NCBI GenBank assembly: GCA_045616465.1
Contig: JAZLGW010000016.1
Span: forward strand, 14,900 to 78,899
Source of the DNA: Lachnospiraceae bacterium
Lineage (GTDB): Bacteria; Bacillota; Clostridia; Lachnospirales; Lachnospiraceae
Direction: 5' to 3'
DNA: 64,000 nucleotides
Shown: piece after piece, positions 27,391 through 35,666 of the stretch
Position numbering within the stretch: the first letter of the stretch is position 1
Layout: each line of letters opens with the position of its first letter
Notes under the pieces: model-generated
Seen by the model: the letters and a program-made list of their open reading frames with translations, nothing else
What the model was told of the DNA's origin: nothing
Database searches by the model: none
Position numbers and translations under genes: made by a program

Positions 27391-27795
27391 ATGAGTTATA
27401 TTATCAAAGAATTAAGAGAAAAAACAGGAATGACACAAAAAGAGTTTGCAGAGAAGTTTGCAATTCCAGTTAGTACATTGCGAAAGTGGGAACAGGGAGA
27501 GGCAACACCGGCCTCATACGTAATCAGTCTGATAGCAATGCAGTTGCCAGATGTGGAAATGACCACAGAGGTTATCGAAACAGCAGATGGACTGAAGTTT
27601 TATTATGATAGACTTCGAAAAATGATTTCAGATTCGAAAGGGAATAAGATTCCTATTCATGAGGATTTGAATGGGGTGAAACGTCACAATTTGAAACTGT
27701 ATGTGAGTGATTTATTTGATTCTTATTATGCGATATGTGAAAGATTCAATAATGATTGCAAAATTGATAAGCAGGAAGATGTCCTATGGGGGTAG
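27391..27795 (+). CDS. XRE-family helix-turn-helix protein (HipB-like antitoxin candidate) with a ~75-aa C-terminal extension
   Basis: IKELREKTGMTQKEFAEKFAIPVSTLRKWEQGEATP HTH; ATG 27391 preferred to the ORF-track TTG 27376. Lies 3 nt upstream of the kinase gene. Confidence 0.8.
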   Translation: MSYIIKELREKTGMTQKEFAEKFAIPVSTLRKWEQGEATPASYVISLIAMQLPDVEMTTEVIETADGLKFYYDRLRKMISDSKGNKIPIHEDLNGVKRHNLKLYVSDLFDSYYAICERFNNDCKIDKQEDVLWG

Positions 27796-27798
27796 TAT

Positions 27799-28998
27799 AT
27801 GCCAAGAAAGATTCCAAGAGAGTACTATCTAATGCATAAAGATATACCGGTTTGCATAATGGAGATATCAGAAGATGGTGTGTTAGGTTCCTATAGAAAA
27901 AATGAGATGCAGCGTAATCATTTTCCGATTGGTGGACAAATGAACGATATGAAGTTTCATGATTGGTGGAGGGACAGAGCAATTCCTAAAACTAGACATG
28001 GAGCGAAAAGTGCGCTACAAAGATTGGGATATGAATCTACCAACAGTGCTTTGGTAGATAATCTTGCGCTTAGCTTATCGGACTGTTACTGGATTAAACC
28101 GCGAGGCGAAGAGTTATCCTGGAAGGATGTTAATTTATTTACAAATGACTTTGTAGATACATTTGGGGATTTGACGATTAACCGAGACAGCATAATTGAT
28201 ATAAGAAATAAAACAAGGTTCAATTGTGCAGCAGCGCAAGGAGAATTGCAGAAAAAATGGTGTATTGATAGTTCGGGAAAAAGATACATGGTTAAAGGCA
28301 ATTATGGAGAAAGCTATCAGCAAAGTTTGAACGAAATATTCGCAACGAATCTTCACAAAAGCCAAGGCTATGATAATTATACAGAATATACCCTAACCCA
28401 TCTTATGATTGAGGGAGATATTGAAGGGATAGGGTGTTTATCGTATGATTTTTGCAGTGAAGACGTTGAGAGTATTAGTGCTTGGGAAGTACTACAAACC
28501 GTAAAGATAAAACAAAATGAATCCCTGTATTTTCCCTTTAAACGCGCATTACTTGCTCTTGGTATGTCAGAACAAGATTTTAATGAATTTATGGACTATC
28601 AGATTGTAACGGATTTTTTGATTTCAAATACAGATAGACATATGAATAATATAGCGATAGTTAGGAATCCTGATACGCTGGAATTACTAGGGTTTGCTCC
28701 AATTTATGATTCTGGTAATTCAATGTTTTATAATATACCTTTTGATCAGTTGGATGTGATTCATCTTGACGCGCTCCGTACGCATTCTTTTGTTGAGAAA
28801 GAAATTAAGCTTCTATCCTATGTTCAAAACAGAAATTGTGTTGATTTGGGAAAGGCGGATATAGTGTTCTCTATTTATGATGCTGATGTGTATGAACGAC
28901 GAATTCGAAGGGAAAAACTTCATGAAATGTATAAACGAAAATTAAATATGATTGAATCCTTTCAAAATGGAAAAGATATATGGAAGAGTAGGTACTAG
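27799..28998 (+). CDS. full-length HipA-like Ser/Thr kinase (toxin candidate)
   Basis: 399 aa; AAAQGELQKK loop, ISNTDRHMNNIAIV catalytic loop, APIYDSGNS. The N-terminal ~110 aa resembles the HipA N-terminal subdomain. Confidence 0.8.
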   Translation: MPRKIPREYYLMHKDIPVCIMEISEDGVLGSYRKNEMQRNHFPIGGQMNDMKFHDWWRDRAIPKTRHGAKSALQRLGYESTNSALVDNLALSLSDCYWIKPRGEELSWKDVNLFTNDFVDTFGDLTINRDSIIDIRNKTRFNCAAAQGELQKKWCIDSSGKRYMVKGNYGESYQQSLNEIFATNLHKSQGYDNYTEYTLTHLMIEGDIEGIGCLSYDFCSEDVESISAWEVLQTVKIKQNESLYFPFKRALLALGMSEQDFNEFMDYQIVTDFLISNTDRHMNNIAIVRNPDTLELLGFAPIYDSGNSMFYNIPFDQLDVIHLDALRTHSFVEKEIKLLSYVQNRNCVDLGKADIVFSIYDADVYERRIRREKLHEMYKRKLNMIESFQNGKDIWKSRY

Positions 28999-29054
28999 CT
29001 AAAAAAGAGCCCCGCGGGCAATGTCATTAAGTTAACAAAACAAAATGAAGGGTA

Positions 29055-29100
29055 AAAAAGAACAGGTAGATGAAGTATCACATATCTACCTGTTCTTTTT
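29055..29100 (+). terminator. strong intrinsic terminator after the HipA-like gene
   Basis: AAAAAGAACAGGTAGAT-loop-ATCTACCTGTTCTTTTT. Confidence 0.8.
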
Positions 29101-29554
29101 CTCTTTTCTTTCAATATTTTTGATTTTTTAGTATCACAAAAAGACAGATTGTCCACCTGCTTGCAAAAACGTATAATAAAAATGATTAAGCGACTCTGTA
29201 TCTGCTCCAAGGATCTTCCTACTAACTTAACGCTTGATTATGTTCCACTTAATAAAGAATTATTTAGGCTGCTGTTTGGTATAACAAGTGATAAAGAAGA
29301 ATCAATAAAGAAAAACAAATATCCAGAATATGGTAGGCCAATTGATGAGAGTTCTGAAACCATAATAAAAAAAGATTTTTCAAGATACAGAGGATTTTCG
29401 TAGTATAGAAGATACATCTGAATATGCTGTATTTGTTGAATTTTGTACTCCTATTCTTCCAGATTTTGAAGACGATGAATTATGGGAGAAAATTCAAAAA
29501 AATTGTGATACATAAAAGCAAATAAAACACCATAATGGTAGAGGTAATAATTAA

Positions 29555-30667
29555 ATGAAAAAACACAAAAAACTTATTATAATCCTTTCCACAGTTGTGA
29601 TTGTTCTGTTGATTGCTCTTTTATTATTTTTAAATTTGGGCAAAGAAAAGTATCGACTTGTTGTTGTAGATACTTATGAAGATAATGTAGAACTCTTTCG
29701 GGAGTCTTCGCCAGAAATAAGTCTTATGGAAAATATGCATCTTATTCCTAATGATAAGGTTATTGTAGATGAAAACGGTCTGCTTTCACTATTGGTGGAT
29801 GATGATAAGCATATTGGAGTAGCATCTTCAAGTGCCATTGTGATTAATGCTACAGGTAATACAAGAAATGGTTCAGTCGTAATTGATTTATTGTATGGAA
29901 ACGGAACATTTGTAATAGATAATGCTCTTTCAGAAAATGATGCATTTGAAGTAAATACACCAAATGCATCTTTTAGTGTTAGGGGGACAACATTTAGCGT
30001 TGAATATAATTCTGAAACAAGAACATCTACTGTTGCAGTTAAAGAAGGAAAAGTATGGTGTAAAAGTGGTGAAGATACAGTTGAGTTAGAAGCAGGTTCG
30101 ATTACTAATATTAATGATAATGGAATTATCCCAGAAAACCTCGTAAATGCAGAGGATGTTGAAACCATCAAGTTTTCTATAAGTGAATATTATGGTGGAG
30201 ATGAATTTGATTTAAGACTTGCTTTCATTGATTATACAATTAATGGAGAGAGCCACACCTATAGTTCAGGTGTTCCAGGAGATCTTTTGGATGAACATTT
30301 ATATGATGATGGTGTGAATATTGGTAAAAATATTACCAGCTGGGATGAACTTAGTGAAAAATCTCAGGAAGTATTCAACAATGGAGATATACGGATTGTA
30401 GATGTAGAGAATTATGAACAGTTATTTGGAAATACTCTAAAAATAACGGATAGATATGGAAATGAAGTTGAGATACCTTTTTATAATGTTACTGTAATTT
30501 GTGATGTGGGTGATTATAGTTGGACAGAGCAATGGAAACAATACGGCTTTGAATATATTGCTAATAAGGGGGATGAATATTTAATGGGAATGTATATAAA
30601 GTTTGAAATTGATAAAAAGTATGCGAAAGACTTAATCATGGCATATGGAATTTGTGAGGATAATTAG
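29555..30667 (+). CDS. membrane-anchored FecR-domain protein with an uncharacterised C-terminal half
   Basis: 370 aa; N-terminal TM (LIIILSTVVIVLLIALLLFL). The central region GTFVIDNALSENDAFEVNTPNASFSVRGTTFSVEYNSETRTSTVAVKEGKVW resembles the FecR fold. AT-rich codon usage. Confidence 0.6.
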   Translation: MKKHKKLIIILSTVVIVLLIALLLFLNLGKEKYRLVVVDTYEDNVELFRESSPEISLMENMHLIPNDKVIVDENGLLSLLVDDDKHIGVASSSAIVINATGNTRNGSVVIDLLYGNGTFVIDNALSENDAFEVNTPNASFSVRGTTFSVEYNSETRTSTVAVKEGKVWCKSGEDTVELEAGSITNINDNGIIPENLVNAEDVETIKFSISEYYGGDEFDLRLAFIDYTINGESHTYSSGVPGDLLDEHLYDDGVNIGKNITSWDELSEKSQEVFNNGDIRIVDVENYEQLFGNTLKITDRYGNEVEIPFYNVTVICDVGDYSWTEQWKQYGFEYIANKGDEYLMGMYIKFEIDKKYAKDLIMAYGICEDN

Positions 30668-30868
30668 ATTATAAATACAAATTAAGAGAAAGTTAATAAT
30701 TAAAGAAAGCAGGCAATGCCCAATGTAATTAAGTTAAGACATTGGGTAAAGATCATTACATCGAACTAGATGTAGGGGCCTTTATTTTCGAGGACCCTTT
30801 GAGGGCCAAGCCGGCAACCGAGCCTTACAGGCTCAGAGGAAACCACCAGCTGTCGCTGGTGGTCATGG

Positions 30869-31798
30869 TTACTTAAGAAATCCATTTATGATTTGCTGTT
30901 CTGCTTCTTCCTCGGTAAGACCTAAGGTCATAAGCTTTTGAATTTGTTCTCCGGCAATCTTTCCAATGGCGGCTTCATGAATGAGCGAAGCGTCAACGCA
31001 TGCTGCATCCAGAGAGGGAACTGCTACAACTCTGCCATCCTCCATAAGGATACCATCACATTCAGAATGCCCATAACACTTGCTGTTTCCAAGAATCTTG
31101 GAATTAAATATCTGATAAGAATTGCCTTTTGCAACAGAACGGCTAACCAAATCCGCACTGGAATCTTCACCATTCAGGGCAACGACAAAATTGGTTTCTG
31201 CACGCTGGGCACCATGGGTCATAATTTTTTCTTTGATGATTAATTTAGCCCCGGCTTCCAAGGTAGCCTCTGTATCTCTGACAGTGGAATCAACGCCCTT
31301 AATCTGTACGCTTTCCATCTCGAAACTGCCGCCTTCTTCTACAAAGATCTTGGTTACAGGATTTAGGATTCTGCCACCAGTCCCTTCTCCTTCACCATAG
31401 TGCTTTTCCACATATTTAACCTTTGCATTCTTTCCGATATGAAAGGTGTGGATACCGTCATGCTGCATATCTTCATTGCCACCGCAGTGAATGCCACAGC
31501 CTGCAACAATTAATACATCTGCATTTTCACCAATAAAGAAATCATTGTATACCACATCTTTAAGTCCTTCCTTAGAAAGGATGACAGGGATATGAACGGA
31601 CTCATTCTTTGTGTTTTCTTTTACAATAATATCAATACCAGACTTGTCTTCCTTGGTAACGATATTGATGTTTGCAGTCACATTTCTGCCGGCACTTTTT
31701 CCATTATCTCGGATGTTATAGGCTCCTTCTGGGATCTCATGGAGATCGGAGATGGTCTCTAACATGTGTTTTTGTAATGCATCCAATTCCATACGCAT
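30869..31798 (-). CDS. SufB/SufD-family Fe-S cluster assembly scaffold protein (short clostridial form)
   Basis: 309 aa; beta-helix-like repeats; C-terminal EAAIGKIAGEQIQKLMTLGLTEEEAEQQIINGFL is typical of SufB/SufD. Confidence 0.8.
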   Translation of the reverse strand: MRMELDALQKHMLETISDLHEIPEGAYNIRDNGKSAGRNVTANINIVTKEDKSGIDIIVKENTKNESVHIPVILSKEGLKDVVYNDFFIGENADVLIVAGCGIHCGGNEDMQHDGIHTFHIGKNAKVKYVEKHYGEGEGTGGRILNPVTKIFVEEGGSFEMESVQIKGVDSTVRDTEATLEAGAKLIIKEKIMTHGAQRAETNFVVALNGEDSSADLVSRSVAKGNSYQIFNSKILGNSKCYGHSECDGILMEDGRVVAVPSLDAACVDASLIHEAAIGKIAGEQIQKLMTLGLTEEEAEQQIINGFLK

Positions 31799-31806
31799 AC
31801 CTACTT

Positions 31807-32520
31807 CTAATTAAACTTATCTGCAATAGCGGAGCAACTTCCAGAATATCCGATGAGTTCGGGAAGTACTTCTTCTTTACTTCCAACCTTCTTTAATTCA
31901 CCATCAGCCAGAAGAACGACTCTATCCGCGATATTTAAAATACGCTCCTGATGGGAAATGATGAGAATGGTTCCGTGAATCTTGTCGCGCATATTTTCAA
32001 ATACACGAATGAGATTCTGGAAACTCCATAGATCAATACCTGCTTCCGGTTCATCAAATAAAGAAACTTTGGTTCCTCTTGCTAAAATCATAGCAATTTC
32101 AATACGTTTTAACTCACCACCTGATAGGGAAGCATTCAGTTCCCTGTCAATATATTCCTTGGCACACAGTCCCACTTCTGATAGATAGCTGCAAGCTTCC
32201 ATGATGGAAAGGGGGGAACCGTGAGAAATATTAATAAGGTCATGTACGGTAAGACCTTTAAACTTCACCGGGTTTTGGAACGCAAAACTAATGCCCTTCT
32301 GGGCTCTTTCGGTGATAGAAAGATTTGTAATATCTTCTCCGTCCAGTAAAATCCTTCCGCCAGTGGGAATGATGAGACCCGCAATAATCTTTGCAAGGGT
32401 GGATTTGCCACCGCCATTGGGGCCGGTAACTGCTGTAAAGCCCTCATCTAATGAAAGGGACACATCTTTTATAATCTCTTTTCCATCAACTTTATAATTT
32501 ATATTTTGAAGTTCCAGCAT
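31807..32520 (-). CDS. sufC: SufC-like Fe-S cluster assembly ABC ATPase
   Basis: 237 aa; GPNGGGKST, LSGGELKRIEI, LFDEPEAGIDL. Confidence 0.82.
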   Translation of the reverse strand: MLELQNINYKVDGKEIIKDVSLSLDEGFTAVTGPNGGGKSTLAKIIAGLIIPTGGRILLDGEDITNLSITERAQKGISFAFQNPVKFKGLTVHDLINISHGSPLSIMEACSYLSEVGLCAKEYIDRELNASLSGGELKRIEIAMILARGTKVSLFDEPEAGIDLWSFQNLIRVFENMRDKIHGTILIISHQERILNIADRVVLLADGELKKVGSKEEVLPELIGYSGSCSAIADKFN

Positions 32521-32546
32521 GGAATTACCTCATCTTCGAAAAAACT

Positions 32547-32579
32547 GTACGATTTGCGACAATCGTACATATTATAGCA
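32547..32579 (-). promoter_or_regulatory. extended -10 promoter (TGCTATAAT) with an adjacent 8-bp-arm palindrome GTACGATT-N6-AATCGTAC upstream of sufC
   Basis: Read on the minus strand. The palindrome at 32547..32568 lies 2 nt downstream of the -10 hexamer and is followed by a T6 run. Confidence 0.45.
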
Positions 32580-32664
32580 TAGTTTTGTGGGAGGGGCATT
32601 CTGTGGTCTTAATTGTTTTATTTTTATAGAAAAAGCGAGTATAATAAAGCTGTGAGGAGAATTT

Positions 32665-33996
32665 ATGAAAAAGCGTTTTTTGTTTGGGCTGTTAGCAGTG
32701 TGTACTCTTGCTGGAGGTCTTATGGTAGGCTGCCAGAAGAAAGATGGAACGGCGGACTTAACAGCAGAAAATACAATAGAAGACACCACTTCCTTAGAGG
32801 TAATTGACTGGGTAGCAATGGCTAGCGAGAGTGCAGAACGTAACTACGTTGAGCCTCCGAAGCCAAACCGTATTACCCTTATGAGTCTTGGGGATTGTCT
32901 TATGCATATGGGTGTTGTGAAATCTGGCGAACAGGCAGATGGATCTTATAATTATGATTTCCTGTTTAGGGAGATTCAGCCTGCAATGGAATCTGCTGAT
33001 ATTAAGGTAATTAATCAGGAGACCATTTTCGGAGGAAATGACAGAGGCTTTTCAGGATATCCAGCGTTTAATTCTCCGACACAGGTTGGTGACGCCATTG
33101 TGAAAGCTGGCTTTAATGTTGTACTTCATGCCACAAATCATGCAGATGACATGGGCTTGCTAGGTATTGAAAATGCCATTGCATATTGGAATACACAGCC
33201 GTCTGTAACGATGGTTGGAATTGGTCCGCAGACGGATATTCCGATTCTTACAATTGAGGACACGACCTTTGCGCTCCTTAACTATACGTATAGTGTAAAT
33301 ACAGAAGTGATTCCCGGGAATGTCGTGAACCAGGTCAATTGGCTTTGCAATTACGATCCGGGCTCCTTGCAACTGGATTTTAACACCATTCGTCCGCAGG
33401 TACTTGAAGATATTCGTAAAGCGGATGAGATTGCAGATGTTGTTATCGTCTTTCCACACTGGGGTATAGAGTATACTCTGACAGAGACTTCTGTACAGGA
33501 CCAGATGGCCCAGCAGATGGCAGATGCGGGTGCTGATTTGATTATTGGAACACATCCTCACGTGCCGGAACCTGTAAAGTGGTTAGAAGGGGCAAATGGG
33601 AACCCGTGCTTATGTTATTTCTCACTAGGCAATTTCGTATCTACCCAGCAGGATACCCCTCGTATGCTTGGCGGTATGGCATGGGTAACTTTTGAGAAAT
33701 CTGCGGATGAGGTTTGTATTGTGAAGGAAGACAGTGGTGTAATTCCTGTAGTTACACACTATTCAGGAGGACCCACCCGAGTGGAAACCACATATTTCCT
33801 GGAAAATTATACTGCTGAAAAAGCAGCCGCCCATGGTGTGAATGCTTATGCGAATTGTACGCTGGATCGCCTCAATGAGATTGCGAGACAGGTTTTTGGA
33901 GAATATCTTATGACGGTTGAAGAGGCACTCCAAACCAAAGACAATGCCGAGGGCTCTGATGCCTGGAATTATACAAAGATTACAATATTAGATTAG
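32665..33996 (+). CDS. CapA-family (PGA_cap metallophosphatase-like) lipoprotein
   Basis: 443 aa; signal peptide with lipobox LMVGC; LGDCLMH, VINQETIF and HATNHADD motifs. Confidence 0.78.
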   Translation: MKKRFLFGLLAVCTLAGGLMVGCQKKDGTADLTAENTIEDTTSLEVIDWVAMASESAERNYVEPPKPNRITLMSLGDCLMHMGVVKSGEQADGSYNYDFLFREIQPAMESADIKVINQETIFGGNDRGFSGYPAFNSPTQVGDAIVKAGFNVVLHATNHADDMGLLGIENAIAYWNTQPSVTMVGIGPQTDIPILTIEDTTFALLNYTYSVNTEVIPGNVVNQVNWLCNYDPGSLQLDFNTIRPQVLEDIRKADEIADVVIVFPHWGIEYTLTETSVQDQMAQQMADAGADLIIGTHPHVPEPVKWLEGANGNPCLCYFSLGNFVSTQQDTPRMLGGMAWVTFEKSADEVCIVKEDSGVIPVVTHYSGGPTRVETTYFLENYTAEKAAAHGVNAYANCTLDRLNEIARQVFGEYLMTVEEALQTKDNAEGSDAWNYTKITILD

Positions 33997-34009
33997 TTAA
34001 TTGCAAACA

Positions 34010-34041
34010 AAAATCCCTGTACAGATTGTACAGGGATTTTT
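34010..34041. terminator. bidirectional intrinsic terminator (serves capA-like gene and tRNA-Ser)
   Basis: AAAATCCCTGTACA-gat-TGTACAGGGATTTT. Confidence 0.75.
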
Positions 34042-34047
34042 AAATTA

Positions 34048-34133
34048 CGGAGGAGGAGGGATTTGAACCCTCGCGCCGTTTCCGACCTACTGGTGTTCGA
34101 AGCCAGACCCTTCAGCCTCTTGGGTACTCCTCC
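34048..34133 (-). tRNA. tRNA-Ser (anticodon CGA), class II with long variable arm, no encoded CCA
   Basis: Own fold of the minus strand: acceptor GGAGGAG/CTCCTCC, anticodon loop TTCGAAC, variable arm GTAGGTCGGAAACGGCGC, T-arm GAGGG-TTCAAAT-CCCTC, discriminator G. Confidence 0.85.
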
Positions 34134-34149
34134 TTGCAAATGCCTGTTT

Positions 34150-34178
34150 ATTATAAGAGATAACTGCTATTTTTACAA
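34150..34178 (-). promoter_or_regulatory. sigma-A promoter of tRNA-Ser
   Basis: Minus strand TTGTAA-17 nt-TATAAT; the -10 hexamer ends 16 nt upstream of the mature 5' end. Confidence 0.55.
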
Positions 34179-34253
34179 CAGAAAGTTCTTTCTTGAATGG
34201 CTTAAAAAAGGTATAATAATTATATCTGTGTATTTATTTTTTGCGGAGTAATT

Positions 34254-35639
34254 ATGTCAACTACTACTTTTCTAATTACATATCTTCCGATTGTGCTTTT
34301 TGGGGTAGCTCTGGTGGTTTCCATTATTTTGGGTGGACTGCTTGCAAAGCTGAAACAAAGAGAGAAGACATTAGAGTCAGCGCTTCTTGAAATGACATCT
34401 CGAAAAGAATATGCAGAAGAAGAACTTGCAGATATTTTAGAAGCAACCACAAAATTTGAAGGTAGTACATCGGCAACTGCCGGTGAAGACGGCAATGAAA
34501 GGCTGGATACCCATGAGGAACGATTAAAGATTATTTCTCACATCCGCAAAGATTTATGTGCGCCAGTTAATGCGATTATGGGGTTAACCTCGATTGCAAA
34601 GGACCATTTAGATGATACAGACAGAGTGGAAGATTGTTTGGAAAAAGTTGAGATTTCAGGAAATCAGTTCCTGTCTCTGATGGATGAGATTCTGGATGTA
34701 AATAATTTACAAAGTGGTCGTATTCACCTATCCGCAAAGCCTGGAAGGCTGGAGGATATTGTAAAGGCCAGTGTTGCATCCTTTAAAGACGTGGCAGAAA
34801 AGAAATTGTTAGATATATCTATGGAACTGCCGAATGTGGAATTACCGACCGTCCTAGTGGATGAAGGACAGGTGGTCCGAATGCTTAGGAGTATTCTTAG
34901 TAATGCTGTGAATTATACGGAAGAGAATGGCAGGATTAAAGTTTCGCTTTCGCTGTTAGAAGATTTAAGAGATTCTGTATTTTATGCGATTCAGGTGGAA
35001 GATACGGGAGTTGGTATATCACCAGAATTTTTAGATAAATTGTTTGAGCCATTTGCGAGAGAAGAAGAGGGCAGAGATGGCATTCCTCGCGGTGCAGGTC
35101 TTGGATTAACTTCTGCAAGATATATTGCCAGACTGATGAGCGGTGATCTTACAGCGGTTAGCAAGAAGGGAGAGGGCAGTACCTTTACCATTACTATTCG
35201 ACTTGCTAAGGTTTACGATGACCAGCTAATTCTTCAAAAAGCAGATGCGATTCCACAGGTGAATCGCCGTGTACTTCTGGTAGAAGACGATGCAATTCAT
35301 GATAAGATTGCGACCGAGGTATTGCAGGAATTTGGACTTACGATTGATCATGCCGCGGATGGAAAGCAGGCCATCGATATGCTTATGGGTGCTGTTCCTG
35401 ATACTTATGTAATGGTGTTTATGGATATAAAGATGCCGGTTATGGATGGCTATGAAGCAACGCGAAGAATCCGGGAATGTGAACGCGAGGATTTGAAGAA
35501 TATTCCCATTGTAGCGTTAACCGGAGAAGTTCTTGCAGAGTATGTGCAGAAAGCACTGAATGCAGGAATGAATGCACATGTGGCGAAGCCAATCATACCA
35601 GATCATTTAAAGAATGTTGTTAAGAAATTTATTGCATAG
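34254..35639 (+). CDS. hybrid sensor histidine kinase/response regulator (single N-terminal TM, HisKA + HATPase_c + REC)
   Basis: 461 aa; H-box ISHIRKDLCAPVNAIMGL, VEDTGVGI, GAGLGLTSAR, REC VLLVEDD..FMDIKMPVMDG..KP. Confidence 0.85.
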   Translation: MSTTTFLITYLPIVLFGVALVVSIILGGLLAKLKQREKTLESALLEMTSRKEYAEEELADILEATTKFEGSTSATAGEDGNERLDTHEERLKIISHIRKDLCAPVNAIMGLTSIAKDHLDDTDRVEDCLEKVEISGNQFLSLMDEILDVNNLQSGRIHLSAKPGRLEDIVKASVASFKDVAEKKLLDISMELPNVELPTVLVDEGQVVRMLRSILSNAVNYTEENGRIKVSLSLLEDLRDSVFYAIQVEDTGVGISPEFLDKLFEPFAREEEGRDGIPRGAGLGLTSARYIARLMSGDLTAVSKKGEGSTFTITIRLAKVYDDQLILQKADAIPQVNRRVLLVEDDAIHDKIATEVLQEFGLTIDHAADGKQAIDMLMGAVPDTYVMVFMDIKMPVMDGYEATRRIRECEREDLKNIPIVALTGEVLAEYVQKALNAGMNAHVAKPIIPDHLKNVVKKFIA

Positions 35640-35666
35640 TGAATATGCAGAAAGGGGTTGCAGAAT

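Noticed and set aside
32499-32807. ORFs 32499..32789 (-) and 32613..32807 (+) in or around the sufC-capA divergent region
   Set aside because: They overlap the promoters and the capA-like signal peptide. They have no SD and no recognisable motifs.
34063-34495. ORFs 34063..34251 (+) and 34220..34495 (-)
   Set aside because: The first is antisense to tRNA-Ser and its promoter. The second is antisense to the histidine kinase N-terminus.
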